64,000 bases of DNA from Escherichia phage nepoznato: the sequence record NC_052658.1. One strand, written 5' to 3'. The notes under the pieces are model-generated. The model saw only the letters and a list, made by a program, of their open reading frames with translations, did not search any database and was not told where the DNA came from. Shown here piece by piece: positions 34,465 to 44,668 of this stretch. Position 1 is the first letter of the stretch; each line of letters starts with the position of its first letter. The position numbers and the translations under genes were made by a program.

Positions 34465-37400
34465 TTAGGTTGTTGGCACATCTACCACTGGTGTTGGGCG
34501 AATAACCGCAGTATTACCTACAGAAACATTACTAGAATCGTTAGGTATGGTTTTGATTCTAACTCCAGCACTCGTAGGCGTTACAATTGGATCTGCAATG
34601 TCTATTTTAACTGGGTTAGTCCACGTATCATTATCTTGATAAGGTGCACGAGTGATAACTGTGTCCAAATCTGCTCCACCTACACCAGCACCAGGAATAC
34701 GGATACGTGTTCCTGCTGACAGAGGATAGTGATACAACCAAGAAGCGTTTGTTGCTGTCCCATTAGGAGTCAAGTTCTGGGTCAGGAAGGTATCTCCTGC
34801 TTGTGTAGCTCGAATACCGAAAGCTGGGATATCTGGAATGTATGCCCCACTTGTTGTTACAAGGAAGAACGTATTATCCGCTTTGACTATCATATCCCCT
34901 TTGTCAAACTCCTTCCCTGTTGGGAAATGCATCCCATCAATGTTTCGGCTAGGGTTAGGCTCTAAGTAATAAACTTTGCCAGTTGTCCCTACAATAGCTC
35001 CAATACCACCTGCGATATTGGTATACATATTAGCTTCAACATTACAGTTGACACGATGAATATCCGAGTAACGGCAACGGCTCCACTGTGGACGACCAGT
35101 AACCATCGTCTTGCCATCTGGGTAACAGTTTACGTTAACCATCTCAAGAACAGATTTTTCTCTACGGAAGAATCCATCATAAAATGTCCCTGGACCAGAT
35201 TCAGGTTGACCAACACAATCGAAGATATTACAGGTGATGTTAGACATTGAAAGCCAAGAAGCTATACCGAACAACTGCAATGCGGCGCAACGAATATTTT
35301 CAAAGCTAACTCTGTTTTCATAACCTGGCCCAGCGGAAACTCCCGCAAAAACACGCCCAGTTTTGGTGTGAATGTTACGAACAGAATAGTTAAAGCATGG
35401 ATTTGAAGGTCTACCCTGTGCCGGAACTACCGGATTACCCTCTTCGTCCAGAACTGCGTTAGTTCCCCACTCCAAATAAATCATACGGATATTACTTGCA
35501 AGTGTGCTACCGTCTGTTTTAGGCTCTCCATAAACACCATCAATCGTAAAGTCTTTACTTCCATACATTACAACTGCGCCAGTTGCCAAACCTGTCCCAA
35601 CAGATACAGTTTGGTCTGGATCGCCATGAATGTTTTCGATAGAGATATTACGACCAACTTCTACGTGGACAATCTGACGACAACGTTTTGCAAAAACGTT
35701 ACGAATTGTAATATTCTTGCAATATTGATCATCAGGAATTCCGTAACCATATGGTCCTTTACCAGCTACACCAATACCGATACCCCAGTTGGACAGAGGA
35801 ATAGGAGCGTTAGTCCCATCGATATTAGACAGGTAAATATTCTCAATCACACAACCATCATCATAATGTTTATTGATGACGTTCAGTTCTATTGCATCAC
35901 CTTGCATGTCCATGAAGGTAAGGTTACGGAAGACACCGCGTGTTACTGGTTCCCCTGTTCCTTGTTGAAGGATGCCATATAACCCGTTTTTAAAAGTACA
36001 ATTATCAATTTCAAAAGTACCTGATATTGGGTTGCCTTGGAATACCAAGCTACCAACTTGACCTGCGCGAGGAGCACCGTCCCACAAACAATCGAACATG
36101 CGCACAGCACCACCCCAATACATAACACGAGAGTTACGGAAAGTTGTGCCTTCTACTGTAGCATTTTGCACACGATAGTCACGTTGACCACGGAACACAC
36201 CCCCACGCAAAGTGATACCTTGAATATCAAAAGAGCTTGTCGTGAAAGTCATATCGCAACCGTAAGCATCGAGAATCTTGCTTTTCGAAGCTTTTGCTGC
36301 TAACAGTGCCGCCTGGAAAGCTGCTTCTGGTGTGGTATAGGTAGTTGTATTGTTAGCAAATTCGGACAAGTAGACAACATCGAATAAATCGTTGTATGTT
36401 CCACCACGAGGGGTTAACAGTCCTTCTGTATTGGTCAGAACCCATGCATTTGGACCTAATCCACCGCTTGTCTCCAATGTATCAGAGGCCAAAATACTTT
36501 TTGGTAAACTTCCAGCCCAACGATAACGACCAGCACCACGTCCAATCGTCTGATTTTTAGCTGTCAGAGTTACGTTATTACCAAAGCTTGTAGGCAAATG
36601 AACAAACTGTCCACGTTCAACAGCCAGTGCAGAAAGATCTACGGACCCCCCAGAATAAGTCATTACTCCAGAAACAGATAAGGATGTTAAAGTTCCTGTG
36701 ATGTTAGGAGGTAATGTGTAGGAAGACTGTGCTACTGGATCATACAGAGCTTTAATCCCTGTTAACGATTGACCTGCTGTTGCGTAAGCCACCTCATCAT
36801 CTAACAAACCATATTTACGAGCAATAGTTTGCAGAGGGACTTTATCCATGCTTTCTGTTAGTTCTTCCGTTTTTGTTTCTAAACTAACAAGACGGTTCTC
36901 TAGATTAGGATCTGTATCTGCTGAAGCTACGATTTTACCAATATAAGCAAAAAGCTTGTTTGGTAGTCCTGTTGCAGGATCGTGTCCCAAAGGTTCAGAT
37001 AAAATGATTTTACTATCTTCTATGCGGAAAGCTTCTCCCAGAACCTGAATAACACCATTGATTGTAACAATAGCACTATCAAAGATGTAGGGAGGACTGA
37101 TTACTGTTTCATAACCAGTTGCACCAGAATATACCCAAGGGGTGACTTCTGTTGCTAGTTGTTCTGTCTTCAGTCCCCACAATACCCAGTTGTTATCTCC
37201 TACTGGAGTCCCTTGCATAGGAATTGGGTTTACCAGCGTAGCATTAGGCGCATAGTAATAACCACTCAACACTCCGTTCTGGAAATAACGAAGTTGGTTA
37301 AAAACTGTTTCGTTTGTGCCTTGCGCCCAATCTAATGGACTTTTAAAGAAAAAGTTGTCAACAAGGGCTTTTCTCAGGGTTGGTATCAACCCTGATTCTG

Positions 37401-37518
37401 TTTCAATACTCTCTGTAGCACTTCCATTAATAACATCATGGAGTTGGTTAGACGAGAAAATAACCAGATCTACGCCCTGTTCGAGAGACGTTGCTGGATA
37501 TGTTGGGAATGTTGCCAT
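34465..37518 (-). CDS. Tailspike with right-handed parallel beta-helix (putative polysaccharide depolymerase)
   Basis: 1017 aa; repetitive beta-helix rungs (NCTFKNGLYGILQQG, VFRNLTFMDMQGDAIELNV, ITIRNVFAKRCRQIVHVEVGRNISIENIHG). Confidence 0.55.
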   Translation of the reverse strand: MATFPTYPATSLEQGVDLVIFSSNQLHDVINGSATESIETESGLIPTLRKALVDNFFFKSPLDWAQGTNETVFNQLRYFQNGVLSGYYYAPNATLVNPIPMQGTPVGDNNWVLWGLKTEQLATEVTPWVYSGATGYETVISPPYIFDSAIVTINGVIQVLGEAFRIEDSKIILSEPLGHDPATGLPNKLFAYIGKIVASADTDPNLENRLVSLETKTEELTESMDKVPLQTIARKYGLLDDEVAYATAGQSLTGIKALYDPVAQSSYTLPPNITGTLTSLSVSGVMTYSGGSVDLSALAVERGQFVHLPTSFGNNVTLTAKNQTIGRGAGRYRWAGSLPKSILASDTLETSGGLGPNAWVLTNTEGLLTPRGGTYNDLFDVVYLSEFANNTTTYTTPEAAFQAALLAAKASKSKILDAYGCDMTFTTSSFDIQGITLRGGVFRGQRDYRVQNATVEGTTFRNSRVMYWGGAVRMFDCLWDGAPRAGQVGSLVFQGNPISGTFEIDNCTFKNGLYGILQQGTGEPVTRGVFRNLTFMDMQGDAIELNVINKHYDDGCVIENIYLSNIDGTNAPIPLSNWGIGIGVAGKGPYGYGIPDDQYCKNITIRNVFAKRCRQIVHVEVGRNISIENIHGDPDQTVSVGTGLATGAVVMYGSKDFTIDGVYGEPKTDGSTLASNIRMIYLEWGTNAVLDEEGNPVVPAQGRPSNPCFNYSVRNIHTKTGRVFAGVSAGPGYENRVSFENIRCAALQLFGIASWLSMSNITCNIFDCVGQPESGPGTFYDGFFRREKSVLEMVNVNCYPDGKTMVTGRPQWSRCRYSDIHRVNCNVEANMYTNIAGGIGAIVGTTGKVYYLEPNPSRNIDGMHFPTGKEFDKGDMIVKADNTFFLVTTSGAYIPDIPAFGIRATQAGDTFLTQNLTPNGTATNASWLYHYPLSAGTRIRIPGAGVGGADLDTVITRAPYQDNDTWTNPVKIDIADPIVTPTSAGVRIKTIPNDSSNVSVGNTAVIRPTPVVDVPTT

Positions 37519-37521
37519 TAA

Positions 37522-37857
37522 TTACCCCTTATTCTGTGTACGTTTAACTATGTCATCTAGCATCATTTGGATAGTCGCATTCTTGAGGTCCATAATCTTT
37601 TCAATCTTTTGCTCAAGAGTGTTATTATTTGCCATTAATGTAGAGTTAATTTGATTTAGCATCTGGGTAAGTTCGGCTTTAGTTGCATAAGTTGATTCAA
37701 CAAAGACCAACTTCTTCTCTAGCTCTCGACTTTTCTCCTCCATTTCCTCAAGATCAGAGCCGAATTTATCCATTTTTTGTTTGAAAAAGAACCAGATGAC
37801 TCCGATTAAAGGGATAATTGCATCCTTAGCAAGTCCCCATGCTTCTTGAAATTCCAT
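37522..37857 (-). CDS. Small membrane-anchored coiled-coil protein
   Basis: N-terminal TM segment IIPLIGVIWFFF, then charged coiled coil; 111 aa. Confidence 0.4.
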   Translation of the reverse strand: MEFQEAWGLAKDAIIPLIGVIWFFFKQKMDKFGSDLEEMEEKSRELEKKLVFVESTYATKAELTQMLNQINSTLMANNNTLEQKIEKIMDLKNATIQMMLDDIVKRTQNKG

Positions 37858-37867
37858 ACTGTATCCC

Positions 37868-38407
37868 TTACTGAGTAGGTCTATCAGGCCACTGAATGTT
37901 GTTCAAGTCTTTCAGATCTAATAGAACTAAAGATGCTCGATATAATTTAACAGCTTTTAACCATTTTTCTTGTGTCTCTGACAAACCTTGTAACTCTTGC
38001 AAATCTGTCAAAGCACCTATTTGGTTTCCAGCCCACGTTAATTCTGTCTCTAAGGTAGTATCCACATCTTCTTGTGTCCAAGTGTTGTGTTTTTCAAAAG
38101 TTATTCCATTATATCTCCATTGTCTTGGATATTCAGTCATACCTTTTGGAACATTATCTGTAACAACAACACGCATATTGTGGGGGAATAATCCTGCTGC
38201 GTCCTCCCCTACACCTAAAACTAAATTATCAGTGTTTAAGCTAACAAAATATGCATCAGGATACTTAGCATCCAACTCTTTCGACAAATCATACCAATCC
38301 CTGCCAGACGAATCCTTTAGAAATCCTACTCCTAAACTAATTAAAAAGAGCGTATCCTCATTAGGTTCTGGAGTATATAGTTCAAAACCATCGTAAACAA
38401 TATTCAT
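37868..38407 (-). CDS. Tail fibre assembly (chaperone) protein
   Basis: C-terminal LSETQEKWLKAVKLYRASLVLLDL resembles Tfa-family proteins; lies immediately downstream of a fibre gene. Confidence 0.5.
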   Translation of the reverse strand: MNIVYDGFELYTPEPNEDTLFLISLGVGFLKDSSGRDWYDLSKELDAKYPDAYFVSLNTDNLVLGVGEDAAGLFPHNMRVVVTDNVPKGMTEYPRQWRYNGITFEKHNTWTQEDVDTTLETELTWAGNQIGALTDLQELQGLSETQEKWLKAVKLYRASLVLLDLKDLNNIQWPDRPTQ

Positions 38408-38422
38408 TATTTATTCTCCTAC

Positions 38423-39454
38423 TTAATAGCTTACTGTTACCCATCCACCATTCACATAATACTGCAATGGCCCAGACCAATAAGAAGCACCACGAAGTTC
38501 TTTCTTATTACCGAAAGCCCAACCAGTCATAACGTGACCAGCATAATAAGGTGACTCTGATACACCTAATTGGATACGTCCGTTAATACGAACTGCTGTT
38601 ACACGGGCATTAACTTGATTTTGAAGTGAGTTTATTTGATTTTGTAAGCTGTTCTGCAAATTATCAATACGAGAATTTAAATTGCTGTTAACGTTATTCA
38701 AATTATTTTGAACACTGTTAATATTTGTTTGTAATGTGTTTTGAAGAGAGCTTAAACGAGAGTTCAAATAATCCAAGCGAACCAAGGCATTTCCGTTAGA
38801 AGTGTCTTGTCCATTGTTTGATCTTGGATTATCTATTAGAACATAACCTGCATCATATAAACGAACACCTGCGGCTACACCACCTGTGCTAGGATTTCTA
38901 CGATAAATATAAAGTTGACCTCCACTTTGATATTCCGCAGAAATCTCTCCGTTAGTTTGTCCTGCAAAGTTCTTGAAAAACAGGGTTGCAGGATCTGTTG
39001 TGGAAGTACCGTTAACATAAACATCACCACCATAAATAGCACCACCTGCATCACGTTTTACCAACACGTTTGGTGTTACTATTGAACTAGTAGCATCTGT
39101 AATGTTTGCCGATAAGTGATTATGACTGTTATCTTGAACTTGGATAGATAAAGTAACTTCTTTATTACCATTCCAAGTAGCCTCACCAGTAGCATCACCT
39201 GCCATTGTAATCTTAGTTCCAACTAAAGGCAAGTAAGTATTAGGTAAAGTTGGAATAAAGTCATCCACCAAATAACGAATCCATAAACCGATATTATTAA
39301 GAATCCAGTTCATTTCTTCGCAAGTCATGATTTGACCATAATCCATACCAACTGTGCGGATGGTTTCTTTAGGTCTAATTTTGTTTGTGTTTAAAGTTCC
39401 TGGGAGCGTTACAGTTTGTGTAGCCCAGTCAGGATAATATATTGGCTTCGCCAT
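38423..39454 (-). CDS. Tail fibre protein
   Basis: Heptad-like repeat block NSRLSSLQNTLQTNINSVQNNLNNVNSNLNSRIDNLQNSLQNQINSLQNQVN. Confidence 0.6.
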   Translation of the reverse strand: MAKPIYYPDWATQTVTLPGTLNTNKIRPKETIRTVGMDYGQIMTCEEMNWILNNIGLWIRYLVDDFIPTLPNTYLPLVGTKITMAGDATGEATWNGNKEVTLSIQVQDNSHNHLSANITDATSSIVTPNVLVKRDAGGAIYGGDVYVNGTSTTDPATLFFKNFAGQTNGEISAEYQSGGQLYIYRRNPSTGGVAAGVRLYDAGYVLIDNPRSNNGQDTSNGNALVRLDYLNSRLSSLQNTLQTNINSVQNNLNNVNSNLNSRIDNLQNSLQNQINSLQNQVNARVTAVRINGRIQLGVSESPYYAGHVMTGWAFGNKKELRGASYWSGPLQYYVNGGWVTVSY

Positions 39455-39463
39455 TTAAACTCC

Positions 39464-40093
39464 TTAATCTATTTGCTTGAGAAGCGTACACATGCGTCCT
39501 GTTTCATCCCCAGTAGATTCCATGTACAGGGAACCTAAACCACCAATACCATGAGGCGGTTTGGTAGCATAATAAGAACTAAAACCAAAAGCTGATCCTG
39601 CTTTTGCTCCAAGACGGTAGCTGCTAATAATAGGAAAAACACTTAGCAACTGCTCTAAAGCTTGATCAGATTGAAGACACAGGTTGTAGAAAAACACGTC
39701 AAAGGTTTTATTCAAACCTACATAAGTATTAAGCGTTTCACGCTCGGTTCCTGTGAAACGGGCGAAGATATCAATTATGTCACCACGAGTCCCCGATGAG
39801 GCTACGCGGTAAGCCCTGATTTTTAATATTGTTCTATACTCTTCATCATCAGAGCCATTACGTTCGATCCCCATTTCTTCTCCTAAGATATCTAGGTATT
39901 TGCCTGTGGCTGTGGAGATCAAGCGGTGTTTAGCAAGATAGATCATTGCCTGATCTATCTTTTGCTTTTCACTGGATACGATGTAGAGGAGCTTGACAAT
40001 GTTAGGAGAAGATTTAAAATCTTCAATCAGAAGGTTTTTAACGTCTTCATTGATACTGGCCCAAGTTGTTACATGGTCAACACTCACTGCCAT
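39464..40093 (-). CDS. Baseplate protein (position equivalent to P2 gpI)
   Basis: Positional inference only, between a J-like gene and a fibre gene. Confidence 0.35.
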   Translation of the reverse strand: MAVSVDHVTTWASINEDVKNLLIEDFKSSPNIVKLLYIVSSEKQKIDQAMIYLAKHRLISTATGKYLDILGEEMGIERNGSDDEEYRTILKIRAYRVASSGTRGDIIDIFARFTGTERETLNTYVGLNKTFDVFFYNLCLQSDQALEQLLSVFPIISSYRLGAKAGSAFGFSSYYATKPPHGIGGLGSLYMESTGDETGRMCTLLKQID

Positions 40094-40095
40094 TT

Positions 40096-41583
40096 TTACA
40101 CTCCATACTCGTAAGAAATGTTATCAAGGTCAAAAGAAGGGACAACATTATAAGCAGGAATTATATTATTCTCTGTATATTTACTGTCATCCTCAGTATT
40201 AAGTTTAACATAAACACGAAGAGAAGTCAAGCGTCCAAAAGCAAGTGCTGCATAAATAACACCTTTGATTTGATCGTTCGTTACTGAAGAACCTAACTCA
40301 AAGTAAGCTTGCAGGTTTTGTAAAGCTTCTACGATGTTTTGTTTTTCTGTTCCACTTAAAGTTGTTCCGTTGACAGTTTGATAAACAAGTTTTACGGAAT
40401 ACATAGCAGAAGCACCAGGAGAGAAGCGAATAATTTCTTGTCCTCCATCTTCTGTTGTAACTGTTATGTTAGTTGTTCCGTGTGTCAAAGTGTTGATTGG
40501 TTTGGTTTTATAGATAACATTTGCAATTTCTTCTGCACTGCCACCATAAACTATAGTCTGGAAAGTCATAGCTGGAGCGTGTTCTTGATCATGTAACGTA
40601 GGGTTATCATAAATCTTCACCTTAGTGACACCATCTGTAAGCAGTAGTGCTTTCACAATAGCTGCTCGTGTCCCTGCGTTAGCTTCGTCAACGTTGTCAT
40701 TGAAACGAGAGCGGAATTCTGCATCTGTCTCAACATCTCGACCAGGAGAAAACGAATAGAAGTTACCACTATCAAGATAACCTGTAAAGGTAGAAGATAT
40801 CCCTGTAATAGACTCCACACCCACCGGATTGTATCCTTTCTCTGCTGCAACTACCGGAATTTCACTCCATTTGGTTCCAACTGGAACACTAGCATAAAAT
40901 TTGATAGGAGTTACTAGTCCCACTGGAGTATCACTGGTTAAAGAAGTAAAACCAATTGACAAGTTACCAGAATCAGAAAATACAAGACTACGATCAGCCT
41001 CTGTTAAGTTTGCCTTGATAAAAGTTTCAAGATCGGCTATAAATGTAGAAGAACCAGGTGCAAGTGTTTTACTGTTTAGTCCTCCATCTATCGCACTTTG
41101 TGCATAAAAAGTAATATTTGGAACACCTGTAGCAGTGGCATTAGCACGAGAAATTTGATAAGCTGCAATCTTAGCATTCAACATAGTTGGTGTGCTAACA
41201 TAGTAGTTCATATCGCTATCAGAGTTGAAGTAAATATCTGTGCCTAACTCGTAAGTCCAAGCTGCTTTGTTATTACTTTTAACATATGCATAACCTGTAC
41301 TTGCTGCTGCCCCTGCTCGATAGAAACCACGTTTAGAAAAGATTTCGTCAAGATAAATACCTTCTGCACCATCCAGTGTTTGAGTATTATAAACCCCTTG
41401 CATACCTTCCCACAATGTGTAATCTGTGTATGCAATTATTCTAAACAGTTGTCCGATCACAGTATCTTCCGAAGTGGCTGCATCTACACCAAATGTGTTT
41501 TTTACTGCTGTCATGTAGTTGTTTAAAACATCGTCAAAAGTCGGGATTACAAATCCCGCATCTGTCAAACCATATTCGTCCAT
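40096..41583 (-). CDS. Baseplate J-like protein
   Basis: 495 aa; size and position in the baseplate cluster fit gpJ/gp6-like wedge proteins; not motif-verified. Confidence 0.4.
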   Translation of the reverse strand: MDEYGLTDAGFVIPTFDDVLNNYMTAVKNTFGVDAATSEDTVIGQLFRIIAYTDYTLWEGMQGVYNTQTLDGAEGIYLDEIFSKRGFYRAGAAASTGYAYVKSNNKAAWTYELGTDIYFNSDSDMNYYVSTPTMLNAKIAAYQISRANATATGVPNITFYAQSAIDGGLNSKTLAPGSSTFIADLETFIKANLTEADRSLVFSDSGNLSIGFTSLTSDTPVGLVTPIKFYASVPVGTKWSEIPVVAAEKGYNPVGVESITGISSTFTGYLDSGNFYSFSPGRDVETDAEFRSRFNDNVDEANAGTRAAIVKALLLTDGVTKVKIYDNPTLHDQEHAPAMTFQTIVYGGSAEEIANVIYKTKPINTLTHGTTNITVTTEDGGQEIIRFSPGASAMYSVKLVYQTVNGTTLSGTEKQNIVEALQNLQAYFELGSSVTNDQIKGVIYAALAFGRLTSLRVYVKLNTEDDSKYTENNIIPAYNVVPSFDLDNISYEYGV

Positions 41584-41846
41584 TAGTCATCCTCTTTGGT
41601 AGATTGTGATCTGCCCCAACGTAAATCAATAAGATTTTTCATGAGGCGAGAAGGGGTTATCATGAAAACAAAAGCCCAACCCATCCATTCAGGAATTTCT
41701 TTTTCTATTCCTAAAAAGATAAACATGCCTGTCATAACCGACATGCCTACAGCGTTCCAGACTTTCGTAGAGCTTACCCCGTTGCCGGGGTAAGTGCAGA
41801 ACATTCCGCGAATAAATTTTTTAAAACCGTTTTTCTCTTTAACCAT
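41583..41846 (-). CDS. Small membrane protein (two TM helices) embedded in the tail module
   Basis: Hydrophobic segments VMTGMFIFLGI and WMGWAFVFMITP; 87 aa. Confidence 0.4.
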   Translation of the reverse strand: MVKEKNGFKKFIRGMFCTYPGNGVSSTKVWNAVGMSVMTGMFIFLGIEKEIPEWMGWAFVFMITPSRLMKNLIDLRWGRSQSTKEDD

Positions 41847-41894
41847 GAGTACCTCTAAGTGAGATATAAAGATTGAAATACCGCCTAAGCGGTA

Positions 41895-44660
41895 TTATTT
41901 ACTTTCCAGGGTTGCAAGTCTTTCTTCAAGAGCTTTTAACTTTTTACGTTGATAAGCCATCTCAATAAAAAACATTTGGTCAGCGCGGATACCCCATCGC
42001 GATCCTGCTGGAATTATTTCGATAGTTTCTACAACATCTTCTACGATTGTTACTGGATTACCTTCTTCATCAATTACAACATTCCCTTCATCATCAAATA
42101 AAGGGATTTCTTTTTGTCCCGTAACAACACTATCGTACATAGCAGGGTATTCATCATAACACAGAAAAGCATACTTACAATCAGTGCTATTTTCATCCAT
42201 TAAACCATAATTAATCAGAATATCTCTTACATCTTGAGCTATAACACCAAAATGAATACGCGCAGAATCTCCTTTCTCCGCGATAGCACTCAGCCATTGG
42301 TAAGAGATTACATGAATATCTTCCCACGCTTTCAGTAAAATATCTTCAATCTCTGTAGGTTTAGTTTTTAATGTTCCATCTGAAGTATTAATGGTTCCTG
42401 TAGATGCGTACACTTCTGACCATCTATTAGATGCACCACCTAATGCAACTTGTCCATCTAAATACGGCATGAAATTATTTTGGGTATATGCTCCTCCTGG
42501 GGCATATAAAACTGCTCTGTTTGGATACGTATGGTTTGAACCATATAGTTGTAATAGCGATCCATCAGTAACGTAAGGAGTTTCTCCTCCACATAAGATT
42601 AGTCGCTGTTCAGAAGGATTTTTTATTGGGACATTTTTTGCAACAACCCCATAATCACCATCTAATTTTATTCTAACGGCAGATTGTTGTGTCCCATCAT
42701 GCTCAAGACCAGTAACTGTTAAAGAGTGTACTTGCACATCATTATCAAAAGTTACAGGGGCTGAGACATGCCTTACCCCATCCGTACCCATAGATACAGG
42801 CAATGTACGGTTTGGCGTAGCTCCATATTTGAAATCACGTGATACAAAATCATGTTCGGTAATCTTTAGTCTATAGCTATATAAATCGGCTGGATGACCA
42901 TCATGCTTGTACCATAATTTTTTACTATTATCCCCAATAGACCAAGGAGATAAGAAATCTTCGCCTCCAAAGATATAATATAACCAACCATCTTTAACAC
43001 ATACCGAACCAACACCACATGCAGAATTAACAATATGCCCTTGATACATCTGATCAGTGATATTAAACCATTGAACATCGGATAAAGATGCAGGCCATGC
43101 AGATACATTAATCTTGCACATAAACGTTCGAGGATACGTACCTTTATATCTATTATCTAGTTCTTCTCCTTCCCATTCTCCAAATGAACGTTCTGTACCA
43201 AAGATATAAAGGTAGTTACCAACTTTTGCAAATGGTAGGTTTGTATGATGAACGTTGTTAGGAAATCTTAAGTAATTCCAGTTTTCTCCAAGGTCAGCAC
43301 TCATTGCTAATGTAGAACCAGCAGCAGAAGTTGAAGTACCCCTAGTAGTTAAATATAAAATTCCATCATAATATTTAATGCAGGGTTCTGCTGCATTGTC
43401 AGCATATTCTTGACTAATTGTTCTACGAGTAAAAGAACTTGGGTCAGAGTAAGCATTATTGAAATACAAAATACCTAATCTTCTTGGGGAAACATCACCA
43501 TTGTGATAACCCACAGCAAAAGTGTAATTATCATCATCTATAACTGTAAAACTATGGGTTTCTGTAACACATAAGTCTGCATTAGTAGAATAGGCAACAT
43601 CTGGTAATTCTGTAATTTCCCAAGGGCTATCCCAGAAACGTGTTCCAAAATGCCAAGTAGTTCCTGTATTATCTATATTAGATGTGGCAGCACTCGCTAA
43701 TGTAACAGTAAATGTATCCTTGTTAATTACAGATGCAACAGTCATATTTCCAGATACACCAGTTGCACCTGAATTGGAAAAGTTAACAGCATCTCCAACT
43801 TTAAGACCATGTTTTTCTAAAACAATCGTCGCCGTAGTAGACCCAGAACTAATTGTTATACCTCCAGTCGGCCTTCTATAATAAGGCATTGGACGTGACC
43901 AAAGTTCTGCTTTCTTCAATCGCATGTTAGATAAGTAACGGGTTTCGATGACTGCATATAGGCGATTACCACATACGCCCATACTCATACAATGATAGTT
44001 AACTTTGTTTGCTGAAGAGGCATTATAATCAGGATGAATTGGAGTTAACCATTCTGGCATAGACCAAGTTTGTCCATCATCTCCTGATTTAACCCACGCT
44101 ACATGGAGGTTTTGTACACCATGACGTTCGCCAGCCATAAATGGTGCATATATGACATTGTCATAAACAAACGTCTTATCTTGCGTCCAAGCATTGTAAA
44201 ATGGTGTATCCGTAATCTTTGTCAGATTTCCATCGAAGAAACCTTCAGATACATAAGTAAGGGGTTGTCCAACAATACGCTCGTAAACAAAAGCAGCGTT
44301 TTTAAACTTGCTTATATCTGGTAGTGTTGTAACCTTGAAAGTGAGATTACGCCCATCAATAATCCATCCATCAGGCATAGCAGCAAGAAGCTGTGTTATG
44401 GCATTAGTATCGTCTGTTACTCCGTCACCTACTGCTCCCCATCCTCTAGGATCACCTTCATCTCTCCAGCGTGACATTTGAAGTTCTGGGTACTTGGTAG
44501 CTCCAGAAATATCTTTTAACTGGGTGGCTAAAACCACCCCAGTGTCAGTAAGAAAGTTGGAAACTGTGCTTTTAACAGTCTTATCAGGTTGGTCTAAAAC
44601 CAGGTAATCTGAACCATTAACTTTTGATGTTTCGGGTAAATTAGTAATTGTAGTTGACAT
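41895..44660 (-). CDS. Tailspike with C-terminal intramolecular chaperone (peptidase S74-like) domain
   Basis: C-terminal region ...TSDGTLKTKPTEIEDILLKAWEDIHVISYQWLSAIAEKGDSARIHFGVIAQDV is typical of self-cleaving endosialidase-type chaperone domains; 921 aa. Confidence 0.6.
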   Translation of the reverse strand: MSTTITNLPETSKVNGSDYLVLDQPDKTVKSTVSNFLTDTGVVLATQLKDISGATKYPELQMSRWRDEGDPRGWGAVGDGVTDDTNAITQLLAAMPDGWIIDGRNLTFKVTTLPDISKFKNAAFVYERIVGQPLTYVSEGFFDGNLTKITDTPFYNAWTQDKTFVYDNVIYAPFMAGERHGVQNLHVAWVKSGDDGQTWSMPEWLTPIHPDYNASSANKVNYHCMSMGVCGNRLYAVIETRYLSNMRLKKAELWSRPMPYYRRPTGGITISSGSTTATIVLEKHGLKVGDAVNFSNSGATGVSGNMTVASVINKDTFTVTLASAATSNIDNTGTTWHFGTRFWDSPWEITELPDVAYSTNADLCVTETHSFTVIDDDNYTFAVGYHNGDVSPRRLGILYFNNAYSDPSSFTRRTISQEYADNAAEPCIKYYDGILYLTTRGTSTSAAGSTLAMSADLGENWNYLRFPNNVHHTNLPFAKVGNYLYIFGTERSFGEWEGEELDNRYKGTYPRTFMCKINVSAWPASLSDVQWFNITDQMYQGHIVNSACGVGSVCVKDGWLYYIFGGEDFLSPWSIGDNSKKLWYKHDGHPADLYSYRLKITEHDFVSRDFKYGATPNRTLPVSMGTDGVRHVSAPVTFDNDVQVHSLTVTGLEHDGTQQSAVRIKLDGDYGVVAKNVPIKNPSEQRLILCGGETPYVTDGSLLQLYGSNHTYPNRAVLYAPGGAYTQNNFMPYLDGQVALGGASNRWSEVYASTGTINTSDGTLKTKPTEIEDILLKAWEDIHVISYQWLSAIAEKGDSARIHFGVIAQDVRDILINYGLMDENSTDCKYAFLCYDEYPAMYDSVVTGQKEIPLFDDEGNVVIDEEGNPVTIVEDVVETIEIIPAGSRWGIRADQMFFIEMAYQRKKLKALEERLATLESK

Positions 44661-44668
44661 TTTTACTC

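Noticed and set aside
34429-34719. Plus-strand ORF (96 aa) spanning a minus-strand intergenic hairpin and the 3' end of a tailspike gene
   Set aside because: Opposite orientation to the whole structural block, Cys/Trp-rich low-complexity translation, no SD; considered spurious.
41877-41896. Hairpin AATACCGC-CTAA-GCGGTATT overlapping the stop codon of the 921-aa tailspike gene, considered as a terminator
   Set aside because: No U-tract on the minus strand downstream; more likely a structural element with no terminator function, so not listed as a feature.
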